Below are positions 24,619-37,200 of a stretch of 64,000 bases of DNA, piece after piece; within the stretch, counting starts at the first letter, position 1; each line of letters opens with the position of its first letter. The stretch comes from Isurus oxyrinchus (Eukaryota): assembly GCA_026770705.1 (NCBI GenBank), contig JANJGN010000034.1, positions 13,082,001-13,146,000 of the forward strand, given 5' to 3'. The position numbers and the translations under genes were made by a program. Under the pieces are notes generated by a model. That model saw only the letters and a program-made list of their open reading frames with translations. It did not search any database and was not told the origin of the DNA.

Positions 24619-26254
24619 ATTAAAGCGAGAAAAGCTGCCTTCCTTTCCTAATTCTACAGGAGCCAGTGACAACTGACAGCCAAGGCTTGCTGGCCAAGCA
24701 ACTCGACAAGTGCAACTCATCCTGTTGCACTTATCAGGGAGGAAGCAAAATGTGTCACAAATGATACATGCGCAATTTTTCTTTTCTCTCTCCCTCTATA
24801 CAACCCTGCAACATTAGTTCCTGCCAGGAGCCGATTGCTCATCACAGCTGTTGCAACAATCATTTACAGCAAGGTTCCTGATTTTTTTCCTGAAGAAACA
24901 TACTTTATTCATGGGAACATCTGAAAGAGCATTCCAAAAAATTTCTAAATCGCCATCCCGGGGGAGCACAATCGTATTCAGGCTTTCCACACAGATCACG
25001 TTGCACTCGGAGCTGCTTCAATGTAATTAAAGGGGATGTGATGGACATTTCAAAATGGCTGTTACAGACAGTGCAATGGTGTTCAAGTTGTCTACATGGA
25101 TGATGTTGCACTCTGAGTTGCTTCCATACAATTGTGATACATGCGGTAGTCACTGCATACATTCAATCTGAGTCATAGAGCCCGAGGTGTCTATACAATT
25201 CCCAGCTCCTCGGTGCACTGTAGCTGAAAGGTCTTAGACAGTGACCTTCCCCCATTCTGGCGGCTGCTCCAAGCTTTAGTGCGTCCCTCAGCACATAGAC
25301 CTGGGCCTTGGAACGTGCTGGTCTGCAACACTTAGTCGGGGACAACACTTTGCAAGGTTCCCGCACCCCATCTGAACTGGCTGCCCATGCACCAGCAGAG
25401 AACGTAGACATCTGCCCCCTCAGGTGGGAGGCCCCAGAGTACACACTGCAGGGCTGCATGTCCCAGGCAGTGTGAGTCGATCATTCAACAGGCAAGGCCT
25501 CCCTTGGTAGCTGGATGCTGTCAGTTTGCAGGACTAGTTTGATCTGGGAAGCACTGTGCAAATACCTCAACACAGTTGATATTCCCCCACCTCAGTTGTT
25601 AAAAAGTCATTCAGTTGATTCTGGCATTGAGTCAATTTTTTTCAGTTAGATTGCATAATTAATACTTTGCTTGAACTGTGGCTAAACTTCCTCATTTCAG
25701 TGCAGCAAAATTGATATTTCCTTTGAGTTTGCATGTGTCAGCATTACTCTTGCAACTTATTTTTGACAAAACATCTGTTTCTGCTTTGACCACTAACTGG
25801 GCAGCAGTAGCTGTAACCCGGGGTTCCACTCAGCCAAACAGAAAATCAATCACCCCAGCCCCCTCAAAGGGAAATGGATCAGTTACTTCAGGAGCTAGTG
25901 CTTGGCAGGAAAGAGGGCATCTGGTCCAATATTGCCTTTTTATTTTCACTTTCTTTTACCTGGGCTCGTTCTCCATTGTTTAGCAGGCAGTGGGTCAATA
26001 TATGAGAGAGGGGCATTATATTTGAGACAAATCCACAACAAACACTTGTGATAAACAGACTCCCTCATGCAGAAGCTAACACGTTTTGTTGTTGAGAATG
26101 AATGTTAAAAGGAATCGCATATATGTATTGTTTTATTAGAAATGTTATTGGCCATTTGCAATTTTCTGAATAGCAACTTCTAAAATCTTCCCTTCTAAAA
26201 AAGCACATTTTATTAATGAAACCTATAAAAGTACATTACACAACAGCTCAGTGG

Positions 26255-27110
26255 ATGATACCATTGGACTGATCATGTGGGCAGAAAAGTGGCAGATGGA
26301 ATTCAACCTGGAGAAGTGGGAGGTAATGCATTTGGGGAGGGCAAACAGGGCAAAGAAATACATAATAAATGGGAGGACACCGAGAGGTGTAGAGAAATTG
26401 AGGGACCTTGGAGTGAATGTCCACAGACCCCTGAAGGTGGCAGGGCAGGTTGATAAGGTGGTTAAGAAGGCACGTGGAATCCTCTCCTTTATTAGCCAGT
26501 GTACAGATTACAAAAGCAGGGAGCTTATGTTGAAACCTATATAACACATTAGTTAGTCTGCAACTGGAGCACTGTGTACAGTTCTGGTCACCTCATTACA
26601 GGAAGGATGTAGTTGCATTAGAGAGGGTACAGAGGAGATTGGCAAGAATGTTGCCAGGACTGGAAAATCACGGCGATGGGGAAAGATCGGATAGGCTGGG
26701 GTTGTTCTCCTTGGAACAGAGGAGGCCGAGGGGAGATTTGATTGAAATGTACAAAACTGAGAGTGGCCTGGATAGAGGGGATGGGAAGGGTGTATTTACT
26801 TCAGCAGAGAGGTCAGTGACTAGGGAGCATAGATTTAAAGTGATTGGTAAAAGATTAGAGGGGAGGTGAGGAATTTCCTTTACACCCACAGGGTTTGGGG
26901 GGTCTGGAACTCACTGCTTGGAAGGGTAGTAGCGGCAGAAACCCCTCAACTCATTGAAAAGGTGTCTGGATAGGCACCTGAAATGCTGTAGCCTGCAGAG
27001 CTGTGGATCAAATGCTGGAAAGCGGGATTAGGGTGGCTCGTTTTTCTGCCAGCCCGGATACGATGGGCCAAGTGGCCTCTCTCTGTGCTGTAAACTTTCT
27101 ATGACTTTAT
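26255..27110 (+). mobile_element. CR1-like LINE 3' fragment
   Basis: WAEKWQMEFN.EK.EVMHLG...DLGVNVH; further CR1 pieces at about 20435-20770, 30420-30780, 32850-33200, 35395-35675, 53025-53470. Confidence 0.88.
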
Positions 27111-27117
27111 GAATCCA

Positions 27118-27470
27118 AGGGAGGTGATGGTGTAGTGGTATTATTGCTGGAGTAGTAATCCAGAGACCCAGGGTGATGGTCTGGAGACCTGGCTTCAAAG
27201 CCCATCATGGGTGACGGTGGGATCTGAATTACATAAAAAATCTGGAATCAAAAGTCTAATGATGACCCTGAAACCATTGTCGATTGTTGTTAGAAACCCA
27301 TCTGGTTCATTAATGTCCTTTAAGAAAGGACATCTGCTATCCCTGGCCTAAGTGTGACTCTGGACCCACAGCAATGCAGTAGACTCTTAAATGCCCTCTG
27401 AACAAGGGTAATTGGGGATGGGTAATAAATGCTGGCTTAGCCCAGTGATTCCCATGAATGCAAAAAAAAA
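27118..27470 (+). mobile_element. tRNA-derived SINE
   Basis: A-box tggtgtagtgg, B-box ggcttcaaagccc, tail aataaatgctggc...aaaaaaaa. Confidence 0.78.
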
Positions 27471-27961
27471 ACAATTTAAAGTTGACATTAGAGAAAGTGC
27501 AAAATTGATTTTACTTTTCAAAATGCAGCACTGTGAGGTGCCTCACTGCCGGTAGCGACTTGTAAACTCGTGATGATTCAACACTGAATAAACCTTTCTC
27601 TGGCACGTTAACTGACGTTCCTCCTGATGTTCACAGAATCACAGGGTGCAGAAGGGGCCCATCGAGTCTGCACTGACACATGAGAAACACCTGACCTACC
27701 TACTTAATCCCATTTACCAGCACTTGGCCCATAGCCTTGAATGTTATGACGTGCCAAGTGATCTCATATTCTAGGCTGTGGGAACCACTTTGCCCTTACA
27801 GTTTGAGGCTCCCTGCCTCCTTTGTAACCAGATCTACCCAGGCTCCCCAATCATTTGATATGCCATGTTTATGTAAATGATGTGACTGAGCCCTCCACGT
27901 GTTTAATGAGCTTGGCTCATCGATCCCCTCACTTTGAACTTCCTCAGGTTGCCTCATTTCC

Positions 27962-29611
27962 ACAACAAAAACAGAATTACCTGGAAAAACTCAGCAGGTC
28001 TGGCAGCATCGGCAGAGAAGAAAAGAGTTGACGTTTCGAGTCCTCAAGACCCTTCGACAGAACTTGAGTTCGAGTCCAAGAAAAAGTTGAAATATAAGCT
28101 GGTTTAAGGTGTGTGTATGGGGGGCGGAGAGATAGAGAGAGAGAGAGGTGGTTGTGTGGACAAACAAGCAGTGATAGAAGCAGATCATCAAAAGATGTCA
28201 ACAACAATGCTCCAATAGAACACATAGGTGTTAAAGTTAAAGTTGGTGATATTATCTAAACGAATGTACTAATGAAGAATGGATGGTAGGGCACTCAAGG
28301 TATAGCTCTAGTGGGGGTGGGGAGAGCATAAAAGATTTTAAAATATTTAAAAATAATGGAAATAGGTGGGAAAAGAAAAATCTATATAATTTATTGGAAA
28401 AAAAAAAGAAAGGGGGAAATAGAAATGGGGTGGGGATGGGGGAGGGAGCTCATGACCTAAAGTTGTTGAATTCAATATTCAGTCCGGAAGGCTGTAAGGT
28501 GCCTAGTCGGAAGATGAGGTGTTGTTCCTCCAGTTTGCGTTGGGCTTCACTGGAACAATGCAGCAAGCCAAGGACAGACATGTGGGCAAGAGAGCAGGGT
28601 GGAGTGTTAAAATGGCAAGCGACAGGGAGGTTTGGGTCATTCTTGCGGACAGACCGCAGGTGTTCTGCAAAGCGGTCGCCCAGTTTACGTTTGGTCTCTC
28701 CAATGTAGAGGAGACCACATTGGGAGCAACGAATGCAGTAGACTAAGTTGGGGGAAATGCAAGTGAAATGCTGCTTCACTTGAAAGGAGTGTTTGGGCCC
28801 TTGGACGGTGAGGAGAGAGGAAGTGAAGGGGCAGGTGTTACATCTTTTGCGTGGGCATGGGGTGGTGCCATAGGAGGGGGTTGAGGAGTAGGGGGTGATG
28901 GAGGAGTGGACCAGGGTGTCCCGGAGGGAGCGATCCCTACGGAATGCCGATAAGGGGGGTGAAGGGAAGATGTGTTTGGTGGTGGCATCATGCTGGAGTT
29001 GGCGGAAATGGCAGAGGATGATCCTTTGAATGCGGAGGGTGATGGGGTGATAAGTGAGAACAAGGGGGACCCTATCATGTTTCTGGGAGGGAGGAGAAGG
29101 CGTGAGGGCAGATGCACGGGAGATGGGCCGGACACGGTTGAGGGCTCTGTCAACGACCGTGGGTGGAAAACCTCGGTTAAGGAAGAAGGAGGACATGTCA
29201 GAGGAACCGTTTTTGAAGGTAGCATCATCGGAACAGATGCGACGAAGGCGAAGGAACTGGGAGAATGGGATGGAGTCCTTACAGGAAGCGGGGTGTGAGG
29301 AGTTGTAGTCGAGGTAGCTGTGGGAGTCGGTGGGTTTGTAATGGATATTGGTGGACAGTCTATCACCAGAGATTGAGACAGAGAGGTCAAGGAAGGGAAG
29401 GGAAGTGTCAGAGATGGACCACGTGAAAATGATGGAGGGGTGGAGATTGGAAGCAAAATTAATAAATTTTTCCAAGTTCCGACGAGAGCATGAAGCGGCA
29501 CCGACGTAATCATCAATGTACCGGAGAAAAAGTTGTGGAAGGGGGCCGGAGTAGGACTGCAACAAGGAATGTTCCACATACCCCATAAAAAGACAGGCAT
29601 AGCTGGGGCCC
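27962..29611 (-). mobile_element. Penelope-like element, 5'-truncated, open 387-aa ORF
   Basis: RYIDD plus GIY-YIG; lies between the two leader exons. Confidence 0.93.
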
Positions 29612-31183
29612 ATTTTTGCCTCATTTCCACAATTGCCTCATTTCCGCTCGTCTCGGGTGACAGCCAGTCCTACGCCCATTCTGGATACGATAGTGATCCT
29701 GGCTGCCAGCATTTCCATGCATTCACGGGGCCGAGGGTCGCTTGTCCCTCAGAGGCAGTCTTATAAATAGATTGTGGAACCGGTTAGTCACAGTTGCCCA
29801 ATCTCCTGAGGAGAGGCTCTGGAAATGTGTTAAATTGAGAAAAGCAATTTGCAACTCTGCAAGTCTCCACCTCCCAGCCTCCAGTTCCCCTTCCACGCTG
29901 AATGGTGTGCGTGTTAGGGAAATATTGAACTCAATGCAGTGGTCAGCAAGTTTCAGATCTTAATGTACAGACTTACAGCATTTTATTTTGTATTTTCAGC
30001 TCCCCCACCTCCCAACTTCCACACCCTAAATTTACATGAGGCAAGCTTTTGCAGGCAGTTGGGGCCTCGTTCACTAAAGCTTTATTCCTATGTTCAATGC
30101 TGGTATTGTCACTAAACTAGTAATCCAGATGCCTACATGTAACTTCAGACCCATGAGCAATGTGGTTGGCTCTTAAACGCCCTTTCAGCAAGGTCAATTT
30201 GGGAAGGGCAATAAATGCTGGCCTAGCCAGTGACCCCCGCATCCCCATGTATGAATAAAAAAACAAAATCCAATTGCTACATAAGCGGTGAGTTTCCAGA
30301 CAGGCCTTATCGAGGGGAAGGTTATTGCCCAGTGTGTGATGAGTAAGGGTACATTTAAGCTACTTAAGTGGTTTTTGATTCATTTGCCCCAAGCACACAC
30401 ATATATATTTATATATATACATTAAATATATGAGGGCAATACATAGAGTGGACAGGATAAAATTGTTTCCCTTGGTGGAGGATTCCACAACCAGGGGACA
30501 TAGATTCATGATAAGTGGCAGAAGGCGTAGGGGGGACATGAGGAAGAACTTTTTTACACAGAGAGTAGAGGGTGTCTGGAATACGCTGCCCAAGTTGGTG
30601 GTCAAGGCAGAAACTCTAAACTCTTTTAAAAAGTACTTGGATGTGCACCTTAAGTGCTGTAAGCTGCAGGGCTATGGGCCGGGTGCAGGGAGGTGGGATT
30701 AGAAAGGGTGCCTGGGTGTCCTTGGGCTGGCATGGACATGATGGGCTGAATGGCCTCCTTCTGTGCTGTAACTTTTCTACACTTCCATGGTTCTATTTAT
30801 AATCCTGACTTCTCTATACATAAAAACATGTTAATTTGGTTGAAGGGCTGTTTCAACACAGCGCCCATGCCTAACACGTTCAGCCTGTGTACCAGTTATG
30901 ACATCAATGGCACTGTGCTCACTCCCTTGCTAAATGCGGAAATGTAATTGCAGAGCCTGTTTTCTCTTTGTGTGTAAATAAATATATCGGAAGCGTGGAG
31001 CTGCTCAGCTGGGTGGCCCATCCATTATGCGAGTCATTCTGCTCTTTGAAAATTGCAACGGAAATAAGTAAAAGCAGCTGTCACCCAAGGGGTATTGAGA
31101 CAGCTTGTGTGAGGCACCATCTCCCCAGAGTGTCACCTGCTTTCACCTGCTGGAGAAGCAACGGTGAATGTTTCCACTTCGAA

Positions 31184-31232
31184 ATGGCATTAATGGTTTG
31201 GATGTCGATGGCATATGTTGCACTTCTGTCTG
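31184..31232 (+). CDS. Gene B exon 1, signal peptide MALMVWMSMAYVALLS
   Basis: gaaATGG start context, hydrophobic leader, consensus donor TCTG|gtgagt (phase 1). Confidence 0.8.
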
Positions 31233-34200
31233 GTGAGTTTACAAGCTTGTCACGCCATTTGGTGTTTGAGGTTTTATTAAAAAAAAAGTGCTTCTGCTTC
31301 TTATCTCCTACTTGAAAATATTGAAAAAGAACTATTTTTTAAAAAAGTTGCTTTATGTGATGTAGGCTGGAATTGTTGGCATTTACCCCCCACCTCTAAA
31401 TGTGCTTGAACTGCTGCAGTCCATGTGGTGTAGGTACACCCACAATGCTGTTAGGGACGGAGTTCCAGGATTTTGACCCAGCGGCAGTGAAGGAACGGCC
31501 GATATATTTCCAAGTCAGGATGGTGTGTGGTTTGGAGGGGAACTTACAGGTGGTGGCGATGTTCCCGTGCACCTGTCCCTGTCCTTCGATGTGGCAGAGG
31601 TACTGGGTTTGCAAGGTGCTGTCTTGTTAAGTTGTGAACAACCCTCTGAAAGAAGAGATTCCTCCTCACCTCCATCTTAACTGGGAGACCCCTTACTCTG
31701 AAACTCTGTCTCCCCACGTTCTAGATTCCAGCAGGAGGGGAAACTTCCCCCCAGTGGGCTGCATTGTCCTGGATGGTGTTGAGTTTCCTGAGTATTGTTT
31801 GGAGACACATCCATTCAGGCCAGTGGGCATCATACTCCTAACTGGTGTCTAGTAGATGGAGGATAAACTTTGAAGACTCTGGAGGTGAGTTAATTGCAGC
31901 CAGAATTCCCAGCCTCTGCCCTGCTCTTGTAGACACAGTGTTTATATGGCTGACGCAGCTCAGTTTCTAGCCAATGATAACCCCCAAGATTTTGATGATG
32001 GTGGATTCAGTGATATAATTGTGTTGAACATCAAGGGGATATTGTTAGATTCCCTGTTGTTGGAGATGCCCATTGCCTGGATCTTCTGTGATGCCAACCT
32101 TACTTTGCCCCTGATCAGCCCAAGCCTGAAGGTTGGCTAAGTCCTTCTGCAGGCAGGTACAAAGTGTATCAGTATCTGAGGAGTTACAAATAGCGCTGAA
32201 CATCGTGCAATCATCAATGGACATCGTTACTTATAATACTTATACATGCATATTATATATATATATATATATATATGTTATATGAGTATAAATGAATATA
32301 AGAATAGTAGTAGTCCATTCAGTCCCTTGAGTCTGTACTAACAATTAATTAGATCATGACGGACCTGTACTTGAATTTAATTTAGTCACCTTTGATCAAA
32401 ACCCTTAAAATCTTTAATTTTATTAATCATGGAGATTTAATCAGACACGGGGCCCACCGCTTTCTGCAGGAAAGAATTCCACGTGTCTAGTCCTGTTTTA
32501 AGCAAAAGGGCTTCCTGATTTCATTCCTGAGCTGTTTAGTTCTCAAGCTGCCGTTAAGTTCTCTTGACATGGACCGCGCCCAGCCACCAGAGGGAAAAGC
32601 TTCCCTTACCCACTCAATCAAATCCTTGCAACCATTTTCTACATTTCTGTAAATTCAACTCCCCAGCTTCAGAATTCCATGAACTAAAAGTCAAGTTGAA
32701 GCAACCCGTCCTGTTAATTTAACCTGTGAAGTCTCTGTATTCCCTTGGTGAATGTGTGCTCCCTCTCCCCAACTGTCCCCTACCACCCCCTCACTTCCCA
32801 CCAACCCTCTCAAGGACAATATACATTTGGTGTGGTGCACAGCACTGAATGTAATGAGGGGTGATCTTATTGAAGCGTATAAGATCCGAGAGGCCTTGAC
32901 AGGGTCGATACTGGGGGGATGTTTCCCCTCCTGCTGGAATCTAGAACGTGGGGAGGCAGTGTTTCAGAGTAAGGGTCTCCCATTTAAGATGGAGGTGTGG
33001 AGGAATCTCTTCTCTCAGAGGGTCGTTCATCTGTGGAATCTGAGTTAGACAGATTTTTGATCGACAAGGTAGTCGAGAGTTGAGGGGGAAGACAGGAAAG
33101 TGGAGTTCAGGCCATAATCAGATCGGCCATGATCTTATTGAATGATGGAGCAAATTCGATGGGCCAAATGGCCTACTCCTGTTCCTATTTCTTATGATTT
33201 TTTCAGATATAGAACCTATAAAGAACCCACATATAACAGCAACCCACAAAAACAATGCTGGTCTGGTTGTGGTGAAAGGTCACCTCAATCTGATTGGTTA
33301 ACTGTGTTTCTAGCCGCAGATGCTGCCTGACTTGCTGAGTATTTCCAGCATTTTTTTTGTTTTCATTTCAGCTTTTCTGCACCTGCAGCGTTTTGATTTT
33401 GCATTGACTGAATGGTACCAGAGCTGAGGGACTGCTGTTATGCGGAGAGACTGGAGAAGCTAGGCTTGTACTCCTTCAAGCAGAGAAGGTGAAGGGGAGA
33501 TTTAATAGAGGTGTTGAAAACCTTGCAGGGATTTAATAAGGAGACAGTGGTGTAATGGTATTGTCACTGCTCTAGTAATGTCAAGATCCAGGTTAATGTT
33601 CTGTGAATGTGGCTTCAGCCGCCACCAGCAGTAGCTGGTGGAATTTAAAACCAATTAATAAAAATCGACAATTGAAAGTTAGCCTCAGTTATGGTGACTA
33701 TGTCAACTATCACTGAATGTCTTAAAAACCCATCTGGTTCTCTAGTGACCTTCAGGGAAGGAAATTGACTGTCCTTGCCTGGCCTACATGTGACTCCAGA
33801 CGCATAGCAATGTGGTTGGCTCTAAACGCCTCCCTGATATGGCCTAGCAAGGCAGGCAGCTAGGGGTGGGCAAGCAATGCTGGCCTTGCCAGTGACACCC
33901 ACACCCCATGACAGAAAATCAATGAGGAGAAATTGCTTCCTGAGGTCGAACAGTCAGGAACCAAAGGCTCCTTAGACAGCACCTTCCAGACCCATGACCA
34001 CTACCATCTAGAAGGACAAGTGCAGCAGACACATGGGGATCACCCCCACCTGGAAGTTCCCCTCCAAGCCACTCACCATCCTGACTTGGAAATATATCGG
34101 CCCTTCCTTCACTGCCACTGGGTCAAAATCCTGGAACTCCCTCCCTAACAGCACTTTGGGTGTACCTCCACCACCTGGGCTGCAGCGGTTCAAGAAGGCA

Positions 34201-37200
34201 GCTCACCACCACCTTCTCAAGGGCAACGAGGGATGGGTAATAAATGCTGGCCCAGCCAGCGAAGCCCACATCCCGTGAATGAATATAAACAAATAGAGGG
34301 GCATGAGGAAGCATTTTTTCTTTCACACAGTGAATTGTTGTGATCTGGAAGGCTCTGCCTGAAATGTCGGTGGAAGCAGATTCAATAGGAACTTTCAAAA
34401 GGGGGAAGTGGATAAATACCTGAAGTGGGGAGACTACAGGGAGACTACAGGTAAGCAGCAGGAATATGGGAATTTGAATGATGCAAGTCCTATATTACAA
34501 AACCGACTACACCATAAAAGACCTTCATTAACTGTTAGGGACCTCCTGAGTTTGCGAGAGACCATAAGACCTAGGAGCAGAAATAGGCCATTCGGCCCAT
34601 TGAATCTGCTACACTGTTCAATGAGATCATGGCTGATCTGATAATCCTCAACTCCACTTTCCTGCCTTATCCCCTTAACCCTTGATTCCCTTACTGATGA
34701 AAATTCTGTCTATCTCTGCCTTGAATATACTTAACGACCCAGCCTCTACAGCCCTCTGCGGTAAAGAATTCCACAGATTAACTACCCTCTGAGAGAAGAA
34801 ATCCCCTCTCATCTCTGTTTTAAATGGGTGACCCCTTACTCTGAGATTATACCCTCTGGCCCTAGACTCTCCCATAATGGGAAACAACCTCTCAGCATCT
34901 ACCCTGTCAAGCCACCTAAGAATCTTCTTTGTCTCAATTAAGGCGCCTCTCATTCTTCTAAACTCCAATGAGTACAGGCCCAACCTACTCAATCTCTCCT
35001 CATAAGAAAATCCCTCCATACCCAGGACCAACCTAGTGAACCTTCTCTGGACTGCCTCCAATGCCAGTATATCTTTCCTTAGGTAAGGGAACCAAAACTG
35101 TTCACAGTATTCCAGATGTGGTCTAACTTGTGCCTTGCATAGTTTTAGCAAGACTTTCCTATTTTTATAGTCCATTCCCCTAGAGGTCAAACTATTTCTT
35201 TAATGACCTATCATTGCATTGTAAATTCCATAATAACTCAAGGATTGTTACATTATGCAATACAGCATACATTCATACTGATTTCTATTTTGACAATGGC
35301 AGATCAGGATTTTGATGCATTGACGCATATGTAGCCAAGAGTTCACAATACTGAAGAGAGATTAACTTATTAAATAGATAATATCACCATAGTTTTAGGC
35401 TAAGGGGTGGTAGATTTAAATCAGAGATGAGGAGGAAATATTTTTCTCAAAGGGTCATGAATCTGTGGAGTTCACTACCTCAGAGTCCAGTGGATGCTGG
35501 GACGCTGAATAAATTTAAAGTGGAGATAGATAGATTTTTAATTAGTAATGGGTTGAAAGGTTATGGGGAGAAATTGGAGTTGAGGCCAAAATGAGATCAG
35601 CCATGATCGTATTGAATGGCAGTGTAGGCTCGAGGGGCTGAATTGCCTGCTCCTGCTACTAGTTCTTATGTTCCTCCTTTCATTTCTTTAGTTTAAGAGG
35701 TTGGCCAATTCTGGAAGGTCTGATGACAGGTAAAAATGTGCCTTGGACTATGAAGCTATTGGGTGTTATCACATCAGCCACTTAGTTGCAATGAAGTAAA
35801 TGGAACTTGAGATCACATTGGAAATACACCGGGTGACCAATGCTATATATCCCATTATTTTTCCATAGAGCCTCCTAACAGTCCACTGAGTCTGGGTATA
35901 GCCTGCAGGACACATACATTGGGTTCACCGCCTTGGGATTTTTTTTTGACCCATTCATGGGATGTGGGCATCGCTGGCTCGGCCAGTATTAATTGGCCAT
36001 CCTGAATTGGCCTTGATCAAAGGGCATTTAAGAGCCAATCACATTGCTTGTGTGTCTGGAGTCACATGTAGAGCAGGCCAGGTAAGGAGGGCAGATTTCC
36101 TTCCCTAAAACAACATTAGAGAACGAGATGGGTTTTGACAACAATCCACAATGGTCATCATCAGACTTCGAACTGCAGGTTTTTATTGAAATCAAATTCG
36201 ATTGTCTGCCATGGTGGGATTCGAAAACTGGTCCCCAGAGAATTACCCTGGGTCTCTGGATTACGAGTCCAGCTGCAGTGTCAACTCTCACCAACAGTAA
36301 AACACCTTCTTCAGCCGCATTCTATGCCCCAGGTTACACCTCCCACTCGCACAGGCCAACTGCAAAGTGACAGACACTCACGGCTCTTACTGACTGGGTG
36401 AATGAGTCAGACACAGTTTCCAATTCTGGGAATGCCTCAGTGATGAATGGGTCATATTGCCAGTCCTTAGTCACTGCTGCCCGTCTACCCACAGTCCATC
36501 GAGGGTCTCAGGGTCTTTATAGGCAGCTCGATTTTCTGCACATTGCTACATTTCGATCCAGCCCTGCATCTCCCTCAGAAGCTGGAAATCCGACCATTTC
36601 CTTTAGTCCTTCCCCCACCCCCAACCCCCCCCACCCCCTCCCCCAACACAACCAACACCCATCACCTGGACCATCTTGTAAAGGATGTTGACTTCTTCCA
36701 CCACATGTAGGTGTTAAGTACAAGCTGCACCTTACTGAGGGCAAGCATGTTTTAAATTGAAAGCCATCGCATTACTTCTTTTATTCCTTCCAGTCCCTCA
36801 TTGCCTTCTCCACTCTTTTCTCAATTTTCTCAGCCCTCTCTCTCTCTCCCTTTCCATAACATCATCCACTATCTGTCCTCAATAGTTTGTTTTCGTGCTG
36901 TGTTTTCCATAGTTTCCCTGCACGGTGTCCGAGTATTGCCCTGCACATTACAATCACCAGGTTCACTTTCCAGGGTCACCTCCCATCTTCAACCAATCCC
37001 CAAAACGCTGCCTTCAGCCAAACACTTGCCCCAGGATACAGTTCACAGAACTTTAAAGGCACAGAAAGAGGCCATTCAGCCCATCGTGTCTACATCAAGT
37101 CAGGATGGTGAGTGGCTTGGAGGGGAATTTCCAGGTGGTTGTGTTCCCATCTATCTGCTGCCCTTGTCCTTCTAGATGGCAGTGATCATGAGTTTGAAAG

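Noticed and set aside
28776-29630. Long Pro/Ser-rich alternative-frame and antisense ORFs over Penelope elements
   Set aside because: By-products of the C-rich strand composition of the retroelement ORF.
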